Assembly: GCA_964016885.1 (NCBI GenBank)
Contig: OZ024741.1
Coordinates: forward strand, 111,662,001 to 111,726,000
From: Eledone cirrhosa
Lineage: Eukaryota
Direction of reading: 5' to 3'
DNA length: 64,000 nucleotides
In this document: one piece after another, positions 39,625-52,154 of the stretch
Layout of the letters: the number at the start of each line of letters is the position of its first letter
Position numbering within the stretch: position 1 is the stretch's first letter
The notes under the pieces: model-generated
What the model saw: the letters and a program-made list of their open reading frames with translations, nothing else
Database searches by the model: none
What the model was told of the DNA's origin: nothing
Program-made: the position numbers and the translations under genes

Positions 39625-39949
39625 TAGCAGTTTAGCCCATGCGTTTCTCGGGTTTGTTCATTTGCTATGAAAAGTTACATACAAGTAAACGTGGCTTGAA
39701 AGCGAATATGCTTATCAATTAAGTGCATAAAGCAGTTGAACCGGTTATTAAAAGTTACGAACCAATTAGCATTTTGGACAATCAATGATGGGTTAATAAT
39801 CTTCCAATAGCGAATTTAGCAGACCAAAGATGCAAGATGGTGGCCCTGATGCCGCTGGGTGTCAGATCTGTCCGCCATGGGTGAGCCTACCAGGAAATAG
39901 TTTTCCAGACGGCATAGCTCCAACACCTCCAGCACCTGCACCAACATGT

Positions 39950-42900
39950 ATAGCACCTCTTTGTAGACGATATTGCGTGTCATCCCTTGAGGAGTGTAAG
40001 CAAAAAGTCCATTCCTGCTCCCTACGCGGGAACAGGCAACATAAAGTTGACCATGGGAGAAGCATGGCTCCCCCAAATGGATGCCCGCCACCGACAATGT
40101 TTGCCCTTGTGACTTGTTAATGGACTAGGCAAAACATGGTCTCACCTGGAATTGGGATCGCCGGAAATCGAACGGGATATCTGACGCCGAGGGGAAAAGG
40201 TTCATCCTTGGAATGAAAACATTCTCCCCTCTCCCGCACCTCGTTACAATGGTGGCCTCAATCACGTGGGGCGTCAGTGACTTGACGTCCATGCGAGTAC
40301 CGTTGCACTGCTTTGTTTCCTTATTAGCATACCCTAAGCTTAAGAATGTGAGGTGGGAGCCCTGGGGGCTCAAGGGAATTTAATAACTCAACCGGATAAT
40401 TAACGATCTCGTCGGGGTCTGATGTCCGGCCGCTAGATTTGAAGATGTGCTCTTTACCGGGAATCTTCTCAATCAGCAGCTTGTTCATAAAATTAACCAT
40501 GGCATTTTTCGGAGCAAGGATGGCTCTTTCGCTGAGCCAATCGAGGTTTTTAAAGTTAGATCAGACATTAGGAAAAACTGCTTCCCAAAGGTCAGAAGGG
40601 CTTCTCACAATGTTGCACAGAGAGTCGATTGCTATGCGGCCCTTGTCATCCGCAGGTACCTTGCCCTAACCAAGTGCTAAAATGTTCTGAGCAAATATGC
40701 TGCAGACATGTTGTCACCATGCAAATGAACACGCATATTTGTGCTCAGGTACAAACTCTTCACCCGGGGCCACAACGTGAACGTCTTAAGGCAAGCACAA
40801 ACTTCATCAGCTCTTGTCCCTTTGAGGATGACAGGCAGCGTTTGCCGAAAATCCCCTGATAGCAGAAGGGTTAAGCCACCCATAGGAGCCGTAGAATCCC
40901 TGTCTTTCAGGGTCCTGTCCAATGCCTCAAGGGCACCCTTGTGTGCCATTGTGCACTCATTCCAAGCAATGAGGCAACATTTTTTGAGAACCAGAGCTTC
41001 GTGTGAGCTCTTGCTGATATTGCATGTTGGTGTCTCAGGTTTTACTAAATCCAAGGGGAGTTTAAAGGTTGAATGTGTTGTCCTGCCTCCCGGCAGCAAA
41101 GTAGCAGCGATCCCGGACGATGCAACGGCCAACGCAATTTTTTTCTCCTGACGAATCTTAGCGAGAATCAATTTAGTTACAAAAGTTTTTCCGGTACCCC
41201 GGGAGCATCGAGAACGTAAATACCCCCAGTCTGATTTTGAATCTCGTCAATGATAGTTAAATAGGCCAACCTTTGGTCCGACAGAAGTTTGGGCTCATTT
41301 TCCTCTAAGTATTGGAAAGAGATTCGATATCATATGCTGTTTCTCGCAACAAATCCGGGGCCAACGTGTTAGCTTCCTCTCTGACGGTTGACGCCAAGCC
41401 ATACGTCGCCAACTCACTCCCACCCATGTCGAGGAGGGCGTCCTCGATATCAATGAGTGCCCTGTTGTAGATAATGTCGCTGTAACCAACTTCCACTGAA
41501 GGATACTGCAGATGAGTCAGGCGCAGGAAGTCCTCAAACATGAAGTCTCTGTACTTGACCCATAAAGATTTGGGATTACCCAATTCACACTCTTGAAGCA
41601 AAATGGGAAAGAGTTCCCGTAGACTTTTAGGTGATTTCAACAAAGCACCCTTTGCTAAAGTGGAATCCCATTGCGAATCATCTTCCAAAAGACCACGCTT
41701 AAAGCAGGCTTCCCGGTACGTATCACATATTTCTCCATCAACAGTTTTGAGGTCCTGCAACTTCATGCAGAAGAAGGCGGTGATGAAAGCACTCATGCTG
41801 ACTTGGGGACACAGTGTAAACCCTTCCAAGACAGCTGTCAAATTTTACACCAGGATGTCTTTCAACAGCCTGACCTGACTTTCTTCGCACCCAAGTGTTT
41901 TTCGACCATATAAAGTAGGATGGAACCTGGGGGTACACAATTGTTTGCGCAAATGTATCGAACTGGCAAAGTTTGAAGAAACCTGTCAGAGTGGTCTCTT
42001 TCGGATCGGCGGCCAACTTGGCGGCGGTTTGGTCCGTAAAGTAAACCCTTTGCCCATTTTCCAAATGTACCGCAAGCTGTACGATGGCGGAGTGCCGTTG
42101 GTGTAGGGGTAAACCAAATAAGCGCCAAAAAGCTTCATTGCTACTGATGTACCACCCCGCCAGGTATTCTGTGACCTCGTCCCTGCTATTTTCAGCTTGA
42201 AATACGAACATTTCGGCACCAGAGCCCTTATATACATATTTGCATATGTATTTTATCGACTTGACGGAGTTGCAAAACTCAACGTTGATGTGGGCATTGA
42301 ACATCTTCAAGAGAAGCGGGCAGTAAGGGACCACCCATCTATTGTCGACTTGACCTCCCTTTACTGTTGTGGGGAAGCCACCGTTCTCGGTCCGTCTCTG
42401 CCTGTACAGGGGGTACCCGTCGCCACCAGTCTGAGTTTCGTCAACAAATCTTTGGGGGTATCCCTTACTGCACGACCCCCCTTTCAGACACGTGTGATGC
42501 TCATTAGGACCCGACGCACACGGACCATGAATCATGTTAACTTTGACGATGTCATGTAATTCCTGGTCAGTTGCTGGGTTAGGGATTTCAGCCGAAATGA
42601 AGCTGTCTATGGCATTTGCATTGATTTTATCAGCTAACCAAATCAAAATGTGAGCATGTGGCAGCCCTCGTTTTTGACATTCGACGGTGAACATGTCACA
42701 TTTTACAGCCCCAAATACCTGACTCTTTTTGATTAAAGCCATGAGTTTAGCCAGTTTCAATCTGAACACTCTGGCAATGAGGTCATGTCTGTTCGAATAA
42801 TTTTGCCCAGGAAAAAGTTCACGGGTTATCTCAACCCATTACACGTGAATGTAATGAACAGATCTGGGCGACCATAATGGCGCACAAACGTCATGGCATC

Positions 42901-44655
42901 CTGGGTTCTTTCGTGCATGTATCGCCCCCCCCCCCCCCCACGTAGCTAGAGGGAAGGATACAAACCCTTCCAAGGTTCGGGGGATCTGCATCATTCCTTA
43001 TGCCATCACGGAGGTGAATGTAACATTCAGAACGCAACTGTTTCTGATGCGTGTGAATGAAGCATAACCTTTCAGACTCCATTTTTGCAGCCATATCAAC
43101 CGCAAACTGATGGAAAAGCTCTCGTGATCTATGAATATGGTTAAAACTATTCTGTCTGATCATGAAGCGGTAGGAATAAAAATCCATACAGGATACGATT
43201 TTGTTTGACGTCTTGTCAGGATTGTTTGACGTCCCGTCAGAATTGTTTGACGTCCCGTCAGAATTGTTTGACTTGCTTTGAGGAATGCCGAAATGGTGTC
43301 CGTCTTCTCCATAAGCAAAAAGCAGTGGATATTGTAGGCTGTCGTATGACCGATGCGTTTCACAAATCCTCTGCAGCGTATCGTAACGATTTTAATGACA
43401 ATGTCCCTTTTTTGATGCTGATCTCCATGGAGAACAACGGCTACTTCATTGCATGCGGGGGCGTTATAGCGGCGAGCATGCTCCCCAGATGGCCTTTTGT
43501 CAGCATCAATAACGATGTTGAAGTTGGGTACAGGTGTTGATTCCAAGGCATATTTGAAGCTCTGGACGTAACTGTTGTTTTCATGAAGCATGCGTTGAAG
43601 ACCGAGTAGTATGTCTTTGTCAACAGATTTACTTTTCTCTCCGTTAGACTTAGGAATAATAGAAATACGCATGTCAGCCTGTCTAATGTAGTCAGTTATA
43701 AAGTAGATTTGGAGAAACGCGGACATTTCCGTTTCTTGAGGCTGGAGTGATCCAATTATGTGGTATATCTGTCCCTGAACTTTAAATGTGGGCATCCACC
43801 CTTCTCGGACAACGCGTGCCCCGAAAGAGGTCATCTGAAAGGCACAATTGTACTTTCTGATGAGTTCAAGAAAATCTCTTGACCTAGGAGTTGTGCTAGT
43901 AAGAATTTCTTTCAAAGGCTGCGGTGGGTCCTCTAGGGGGAGTAAATTAACCTTGCCATTGGAGCAGCATATTCCAGGTGGTTCTCCATCCCACTTATTT
44001 GCACTACAGAACTTGCAAGTTAAACTCATATTCCCAATCTGGATGTCAGGCCGCATTGAGAGGTTAAGTGTTGGATCATAATTAAAAGCTTTTAAAGCCA
44101 ATATGATTTGTTTTGACTTTTTATGCCCGGGGCAGTTTCTGTACGCCGATTGTTCTTTTCTAGTCTAATACTGCGATCGTTGTGTGATTCTTCGGCTCTA
44201 GCAGCGACAGTAGCCACAGCATTACGGGAATTGCGAAGTGATTTTTGCTGTTAATTTTCGGTAGCTCTAGCAGCGGCAGTAGCCACATCATTCCGGCAAT
44301 TACGGATAGAACAGTCTAAATCCCTAAGCTTAGCACGCGACGAAGTATAGTAAGATGTATTGCTGGCTAGACGCTCACTACGCTGGTCGTCGGTTTCAGC
44401 AGCTCTTCTATTTGCTGAACGTAAAGCACTTTGTGACAATCGCAATTCAGTTTCCTCCTGCGACTCATTCAACCGTTTTCTTTTCTGTTTAGCTGCAGAC
44501 ACCGTTTTACGACCAAGTGAGCATCCCTTTTTTGGGGGAATTATATCTAAAAATGTTAAACAAATCCTTATGAAATTCGAAACTAAATGGTAAACACAAT
44601 TGAATGGAAGATGAAATGGCAAGGAAAAAAAAGTAAAGGAAGATGCAATATTCAA
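39950..44655 (-). pseudogene. Helitron Rep (HUH endonuclease)-Pif1 helicase, frameshifted
   Basis: E.QKRGLPHAHILIW, KYICKYVYKG, ASSGIAATLL.GGRT.HSTFKLP, GDFRQ.LPV, FSHGQLYVA.SRV. Confidence 0.93.
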
Positions 44656-45173
44656 ACAAAATTGGGAGTAAGTATGACTAATTATTTACCAACTGGTAGT
44701 ATTTGGACGAAAAGCAGAATATTTTGGGGGAAAAATCACTGAACAAACGTATTTGCAAACTTAAAAGTGAAATTTTATGCTTGACAGAAAGTATTGACAG
44801 GTATATTTTTAACAACGTAAAAGAAAGAAGAACATACAGGTAAACGTGGCTTGAAACCGAATAAGCTTTTCGAATTCTAATTTTAAATACCATGATCGAG
44901 TGTTTTTTGCTTCATGACCTTCTCCTGACCAAAAGCAATAATTGTCCCGACTTTGAATTTAATCCGTTGGAAATAAAACACTGGAAATATTAGACTTTAT
45001 ATGAAAAAAAAAACATTAACACACACTCACCTAATCAGTGTATTCGGCAGAATTGCCAGAACTACAACACTATCGGTGTTGTCATATTAATATTTAACCA
45101 ATTAAAGTCGTAAAAAATAAATAATTTAAACATTCCGATTCATATGTCTATAGCATTAATCTGTTATATGAAG

Positions 45174-45353
45174 GTGGATTGGCAGTATCGGTAGAGGGTC
45201 GGACGCCATGCTTTCCAGCATAGTTACGTCCCTTTACGATCTGAGTTCAAATCCCGCCGAGGTTGACTTTGCCTTTCATCCTTACGGGGTCGATAAAATA
45301 AAGTACCAGTAATGCACTGGGTAATTGCTGGCCTTGTGCCTAAAGTAGAAACA
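45174..45353 (+). mobile_element. SINE A with 19-bp TSD, inside the Helitron
   Basis: attaatctgttatatgaag at 45155-45173 and 45354-45372. Confidence 0.92.
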
Positions 45354-45409
45354 ATTAATCTGTTATATGAAGTGTTATTTGCAATAAGCCGATTTAAAAT
45401 GCCCCAGAA

Positions 45410-45935
45410 AAACCGTATGTCAATACGGAACGCCAATGACTCCCGCAGCAGTTAAATTATAGATAGGGGGAAGAACGACGGAGAGAGTAAAGCTAAGAAA
45501 CTATAGGGAGGTGTGTAAAACAGTGTTGTCATATAGAGAGTGAAGAGTGACTGAGAGAGTAAAGCAGTTAAATTATAGAGAGGGGAAATGATCTATTATA
45601 GAGAGAGGCAAGAGCGACGGAGAGAGTAAAGCTAAGAAACTATAGGGAGGCGTGCCGTATCTCAATACGGAACGCCAATGACTCCAATACGGAATGCCAA
45701 TGACTCCCGCAGCAGTTAAATTATAGAGAGGGGGAATAATCTATTATAGAGAGAGGGAAGAGCGACTGAGAGAGTAAAGCTAAGAAACTATAGGGAGGTG
45801 TGTAAAACAGTGTTGTCATATAGAGAGTGAAGAGCGACATAGAGAGTAAAGCAGTTAAATTATAGAGAGGGGAATGATCTATTATAGAGAGAGGGAAGAG
45901 AGCCAGAGAGAGTAAAGCTAAGAGACTATAGGAAA
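45410..45935. repeat. GA-rich minisatellite within the Helitron 5' region
   Basis: Recurrent gcagttaaattatagagagggg and gagagtaaagctaagaaactataggg units. Confidence 0.85.
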
Positions 45936-46134
45936 GTGTTTTAAACCTCAAAGCATGATCGATTTTTGCCATTATTGTTGATTGATCTGAAATTTGTTTA
46001 TTTCATGATCTTCTCCTGACCAAAATCAATAATTGTCCCGACTTTGAATAGAATCCGTTTGAAATTGTGGACGTGCATACGTTACAAACTTTAACACACA
46101 CATCCTCAGCTTTATATATATAGATATATATATA

Positions 46135-46331
46135 TATAACGAAGGAGTTGTGGTAAGGAACCAAATGGACCATAACGCACCAGAGTACTCAATACTTAGG
46201 GTAGTAGAGTGGATAATAGGAAAATGTATGACCACGACGACAGAGCTCAAGCCGTTTCGACGGCTATTTCTGGAATTTAGTCCATAAATAGCTGTCGAAA
46301 CGGCTTGAGCTCTGTCGTGGAGGTCATACAT

Positions 46332-46336
<5 letters not shown>
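46135..46336. mobile_element. pLTR remnant of the 4800-7075 family with a short fold-back
   Basis: Matches 4803-4945; 46225-46270 is inverted to 46286-46332. Confidence 0.75.
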
Positions 46337-46372
<36 letters not shown>

Positions 46373-46503
46373 TTGGAGCTCTGAAATAGCAATATATATA
46401 TGGATGTATATATAATGTATTTTGCAATACACTTTATGCTTAATTAAAAGCATTTTGAAGACCGTAAGCTATTGTTTTAAAGTAGTGACAAATTCACTCA
46501 CTT

Positions 46504-46598
46504 TGATCTCAGCAAACAGGGGAGATAAGCCGACAAGACTTGTTTCGCTTTGGTTGAAGCTTATCAAGGCCAACTACCCCACCTGTTTGCTGAGATCA
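46504..46598 (-). ncRNA. Type I hammerhead, U3:A8 variant
   Basis: Reverse complement of 47037-47131. Confidence 0.75.
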
Positions 46599-47036
46599 TT
46601 GATGTTATATTCTTATAGAAATCTAGTAAATAATCAGGAGCTGATTAGGCAGAGCGGTTGTTGGTCAGGCAGAAATTAAAAATTAGAATTGGAGCTCTGA
46701 AATAGCAATATATATATGGATGTATATATAATGTATTTTGCAATACACTTTATGCTTAATTAAAAGCATTTTGAAGACCGTAAGCTATTGTTTTAAAGTA
46801 GTGACAAATTCACTCACTTTGATCTCAGCAAACAGGGGAGATAAGCCGACAAGACTTGTTTCGCTTTATGCTTAATTAAGCATAAAGTGTATTGTAAAAT
46901 ACATTATATATACATCCATATATATATTGCTATTTCAGAGCTCCAATTCTAATTTTTAATTTCTGCCTGACCAACAACCGCTCTGCATAATCAGCTCCTG
47001 ATTATTTACTAGATTTCTATAAGAATATAACATCAA

Positions 47037-47131
47037 TGATCTCAGCAAACAGGTGGGGTAGTTGGCCTTGATAAGCTTCAACCAAAGCGAAACAAGTCTT
47101 GTCGGCTTATCTCCCCTGTTTGCTGAGATCA
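47037..47131 (+). ncRNA. Type I hammerhead, U3:A8 variant with extended helix I
   Basis: tgatctcagcaaacagg...ggcc-TTGATAA-gctt(caacca)aagc-GAAA-caagtcttg-TC-ggct...cctgtttgctgagatca. Confidence 0.75.
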
Positions 47132-47311
47132 AAGTGAGTGAATTTGTCACTACTTTAAAACAATAGCTTACGGTCTTCAAAATGCTTTTAATTAAGCATA
47201 AAGTGTATTGCAAAATACATTATATATACATCCATATATATATATGTATATATATACTCATTATTTCTATAGTTCAATAGTGAACTAAAGTTTAACACCA
47301 TTTTTTATTAT

Positions 47312-47439
47312 GGTGAAGCGATGAATCTTGTTACTCTGGAGTTTCACCTGTGTACTCAAAGGATCATCAGAATAAATAATCTTGTCTGATTATCGTATGA
47401 CTATACAGGTGAACTCCAGACTAACTTCATCGCTTCACT
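47312..47439. repeat. Old fold-back of two degenerate hammerhead copies
   Basis: Minus strand CTGATGA..GAAA-ctccagag-TA-acaagatt; plus strand aatcttgt-CTGATTA.. Confidence 0.55.
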
Positions 47440-49704
47440 ATGTATAAAAACATAAAAACAGTCGATCTACAAGATTCCAGACCTCATTCGCTTAACGAGT
47501 GGGGAGGAGCTGATCAAATCGGACCGAGGAAACAATGTTTCCATTGGTTTTTCCAATTGCTAATACTATCTACCGGTTGCAAATCCAGACAGAAGAAGCA
47601 ACGTGAAATAAAGTGTTTTTCTCAAGGACATAACGCATCACCCGGTTCGGGAATCGAACTCACAACCTCCAGATTACGAATCCAATTCTCTAACCACTTA
47701 GCCATATATAACTGGGTAGCGAATTGATAAAAAAGTGAACTTCACATTTTGTTCAGGGCGGTATATTAAACTCGTACCGATGGAATTTGATTTCTGGCTT
47801 AAAGCTAATATCACGAGATACGTAACTTCTCAGCAGCAGTGAATAGACTCACAGAAAGACAATGTGTTCTATGTTCTATATCTATATAGATGATATATAT
47901 GTATGTATATGAGCGTGTGTGTGTGTTTGTGTGTGTATGTGTGTGTGTTTGTGTGTGTATATACCACAAGCAACACACCACACTATCACTGTACCAAGTT
48001 CGATAATATTGATTTTTCTTCGTTCACTATGAAATCTCTTCTCAATTCTCTATCCATCTTCATCGTCATCGTATTTACTAGCGATCAACGAATCTGATAT
48101 GAAAGTAATGTTATACGCAAGGGAATCCGTTTTGTTCATCCTCTTAGTAAAAATATTTTAAAAAATCCAAGACGTATTATTTGATGCCCCCAATGGAGTA
48201 TATAATGGAGCTGAACTCTTGTGACGACACAAAATGATGTAAATAATTTAATCTCTTTGCATAGAAAATGTCTTACCTTGAACAGAGGTCTCAGAAGAGA
48301 CGACCGACTTTTAATCATGCGCAATATGAATGTCTACGAATTAGATTTAGAAAAGATCTCTTAAAATTAATTTGTAATATAGACACACGAATTATAGATA
48401 ATATCAGTTTTAGCAGGGTTATTGCTATGTTATACATATATACGAATACATCTTGCTGTTATCGAAAACCTAATAAAAATATCATTTCAATAAGAATTCT
48501 AATAACCCGCCCAGTATTCTACGGAATTTAATTTCTAATATAAGAAAACATATCGCTTCATTATTCTCTGATGAAGACACATTTTTCGCGTTTCTCGTTA
48601 TTATAACGAGGCATTTGACAGCAGTAGTTTTTCAAATGAAATAAAATATATTATCACGTTTAAAGTTAAAAGCTTTAAAATAGATCTAAAAATATTGTTA
48701 TATTTTAACTTTTAGGTTAAATGTTAGAACAAATATCGTTAAAGAATTTCTAAATAAAAATTTCTTTTCACTTCCCGACAAACTATAGATATCACAAGAT
48801 CTTCAGTAGAAGCACAGTTAGAGCATGTTATTTTTCTTGAAATAATTTTGCTTGCTCAATTGCTCAAATTAACCACTTTACTTCGTAAACACTCTACAAC
48901 AAAAATAATGCAGTATCTTCTACTTCTAATCGAATTTCTTCGCGCATCTGCTACTAGCAATCGCTTTTTGTTGTTATCATTGTTGGATACCGGGCGGTTC
49001 TAAAAATAAATGTACCATTTGTCTGATCAACGGAACAACATGTTCGGGAAATTAGCGTGTAAGTGAATGAGCATTCTACAAATACGAGTACTTTTAGCGC
49101 GATTCTGAGGGAGATTCAGCGTGACACAGACTGTGACAAAGCAGCTATATATTGTATGTTTTCATATATGTCACGATTATGACTCATGGCACTGAAACAG
49201 CTGTGACAGGATCACAACTTAAAACAGTTGTATGTTTAAGACTGATTTGTGTGATTACATAATCATTGTATTATACGCGTTTCAGTATGATCAGAGTGTT
49301 GGAGTTATGCTGCAATTGGTGTGACATCATCAGATAATTACGCACAATCACCAACTTTAATAATAGTGAATGTGTGTATATTTATTTATTTATATATTTG
49401 CCCGTTACTCACTATAGAAAACAGCGATCAGCGTTCTAAGATTCCCTGCACTTCTGTGTGTATATATAGCGAATTGACAACACACCAACGTTACACATAT
49501 TGTGTGTTTGTATGAAGATATTTATACTTGTGTGATATAAAGATATACGTATAAATATATAAATATATACTTATGTCCACCAAAATATTATTTTGGTTAT
49601 CTATGTTAGTTGCGGATAGTTTATCCACAAAAAGTTTGTAATAAAAGAATTATTAAACTAAAAACTTGGCTTTGAACACTTTTTATATAAAAATACTACA
49701 ATTA

Positions 49705-49736
49705 GTCGTCATTTCCGACGGCACGGGGGCAGCTAG
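49705..49736 (+). mobile_element. Possible Helitron 3' terminus (5' end not located)
   Basis: gtcgtc(atttcc)gacggc hairpin, 10-nt spacer, CTAG|T. Confidence 0.45.
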
Positions 49737-50481
49737 TTATGTATGATAGTCCAAAACAGAAAATAAATATATTGTCTGTGACTGTCATACCTATATAATA
49801 TATATATTTAATATAGAATTGGCTTCTACATATATATATTTATATATATATATATGTGTGTGTTTGTGTGTGTGTGTGTGTGGCCTTTCGGCTCTCAAAT
49901 CGGAAGCCTTTCACTGTCATCTACATAGATTGGGGAGACTTGCGAATGAATGAAATGCCTTTCTTGGCCAAGAAACCCTGGATCAGTTATTACGAATGAG
50001 ACGAGGTGTTGTCATGATACAGCTGCCACCATTGTGAAGCGCATAGATACAATCGCTGCGCATAACTGCACCACGATGTCGGGTGTATTCCTGTTATTAT
50101 CCATTTGTAACATTTTATCCTTCTGGTACATATTTATTATGCCTAACGTAGTCGAAGAAAATAGTCAGCATCATCTTAATTTTGTTCCACACCTGAGATG
50201 CTTTTTGGGGGCCTTAAAGACGGTGGATGCGTCCACTGTGATGACTAAGCATTGGTTTTCGAGGAGTATACATAAGTCCATGTCTCATCTTCAGTTGACC
50301 CGGTATTCAGAAACACAGGATCCTTGTTGCTAGTATCGAGTGAAGTGAAAATGCAGCGAATTAGTAGTAGAACTCATATGGTAGTTACCTGAAAGTAACT
50401 GATACATTCAGTAAGCTCCCTAAAACCAAGCAAGCAAGTCTACAGTGGAGACACTTGTCTCCATAATATTACTTACAAAAG

Positions 50482-50667
50482 GGCGGTGGAATGGCAGTAT
50501 CGGCAAAGGGTCGGACGCCATGCTTTGACGTATAGAGTTACGGCCCTTGCCATTCTGAGTTCAAATCCCGCCGAGGTTAACTTTGCCTTTCATCCTTACG
50601 GGGTCGATAAAATAAAGTACCAGTAATGCACTGAGTAATTGCTGGCCTTGTGCCAAACGTAGAAACA
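50482..50667 (+). mobile_element. SINE A, full length, with 14-bp TSD
   Basis: attacttacaaaag at 50468-50481 and 50668-50681. Confidence 0.92.
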
Positions 50668-50719
50668 ATTACTTACAAAAGTAAAAAAAAAAGGTCGGAT
50701 ATTTTATCGACAGACTTAA

Positions 50720-50795
50720 TACATACACACACACACATATATATATAGATACACACACATATATATATACATATACATCTATATATGTATATATA

Positions 50796-50892
<97 letters not shown>

Positions 50893-50936
50893 TATATTTG
50901 TATATATACACATTCATAAATATGTTTAAACATATA

Positions 50937-51008
<72 letters not shown>
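50720..51008. repeat. (CA)n/(TA)n microsatellite
   Basis: Directly visible. Confidence 0.95.
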
Positions 51009-51013
<5 letters not shown>

Positions 51014-52154
51014 ATTTCTAAAGAATGAAACAGTTCTAGTCCTGTAGAATCTCATCTATATTAAAACATTTATACTCTGCTATGTACTGAGTACCTTACG
51101 TACTGTGGTTACCTCCGATTCAACCCGGAATAACTTACCTATATATATATATATATATATATGTAGATAAATCTACCAAAAGTTTACGGTAGTGTCCAAT
51201 CCGTATGAAGAACTCAATGTAATCCGGATATCATGAAAAGAGAAGATGCATTCAAAAACTACTTTCGGTGAAAAATAAACGGAAAACAGAGTCAAGATAA
51301 ATTAATAAAGTAATGAATAAACAAAGAAACAGTTCCTTATATTAAAAAAATTCATCATTTTACGATCGTTTCTAGGATATATATGTGTTAGAGTTGGTAT
51401 GCATATTCTATAGATCTATGTACAATATTTATACAAACTATCAGAGGGAATATACATAGCTACACATATATATGCTGTCTTCAGAAATAATGATATTTGT
51501 TTATTGAAAAAAAACAAAGATTCAATACAATAGGTCTGTTTGGGAACAGGTTTTGAATTGACCAATAGAGAGATAGTGAGGGTCAGGATAGTAATATAGT
51601 AGTAGAAGAACCTTAAATTATGGGTAGAGGAAGGTAGATTTCAGTTTTGGATGGAAAAGAATATTATGAATGAAGGATTATTTTAGGGAAGAAATAGGTT
51701 GTATGCTGACCTCAGAAATAATTTTATTTTTTCATTGAATAAAACCAACAAAGATCTAATATATTCTGTCTGTTTGGTAAGAGGTTTAGAATTAACCAAT
51801 AGAAAGTTAATAATTGGCCAAATGGTAAAATAGTAGTAATTGAAGCTTATTTTAGGGGTTAAAATAGGTCAGGTGGTCACTAAAAGGTATAGAAGCAGTT
51901 GCTGTTATAAAATAGTAATGCCAATACAAATATCTAAGGTGACTAAAGTTTTAAGATAAGAATGTTAGTGAAAAAAATACATCTATGAAAAGAATATAAA
52001 TTAATTTAATTGATGGGTATATTTATATTGATAAAATTATACTAATACATATAGATATGATAAATAAGAGTTAGATGCAGTTGAAAAGTGCTGTTAAAGA
52101 TGAGGGGAAATTAAAAGAATATAAAAATAATATATATATATATATATACTTATA

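Larger units (their letters stand above)
39624..46124 (-). mobile_element. Full-length Helitron, coding-degenerate
   Basis: Minus-strand 5' A|TCTATATATATAAAG at 46124; 3' imperfect hairpin (cccgag..tggg) then CTAG|T at 39624; inserted in (TA)n with no TSD. Confidence 0.9.
46367..47240. repeat. 316-bp-period hammerhead-bearing tandem repeat (-) plus inverted copy (+)
   Basis: Unit 46367-46682, partial unit 46683-46867, inverted array ~46872-47240; (TA)n flanks. Confidence 0.9.

Noticed and set aside
45410-45935. Repeat-spacer-like pattern suggesting CRISPR
   Set aside because: The spacers are themselves repeated, the context is eukaryotic and there are no cas genes; it is a minisatellite
46422-47213. 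Duplicated 85-aa ORF on both strands
   Set aside because: Starts at TTG, has no recognisable domain, and is identical only because the 316-bp unit is duplicated
47880-50450. Relatively unique region that might hold a host exon
   Set aside because: No convincing ORF or splice-supported coding signal visible; a small exon cannot be excluded without transcripts
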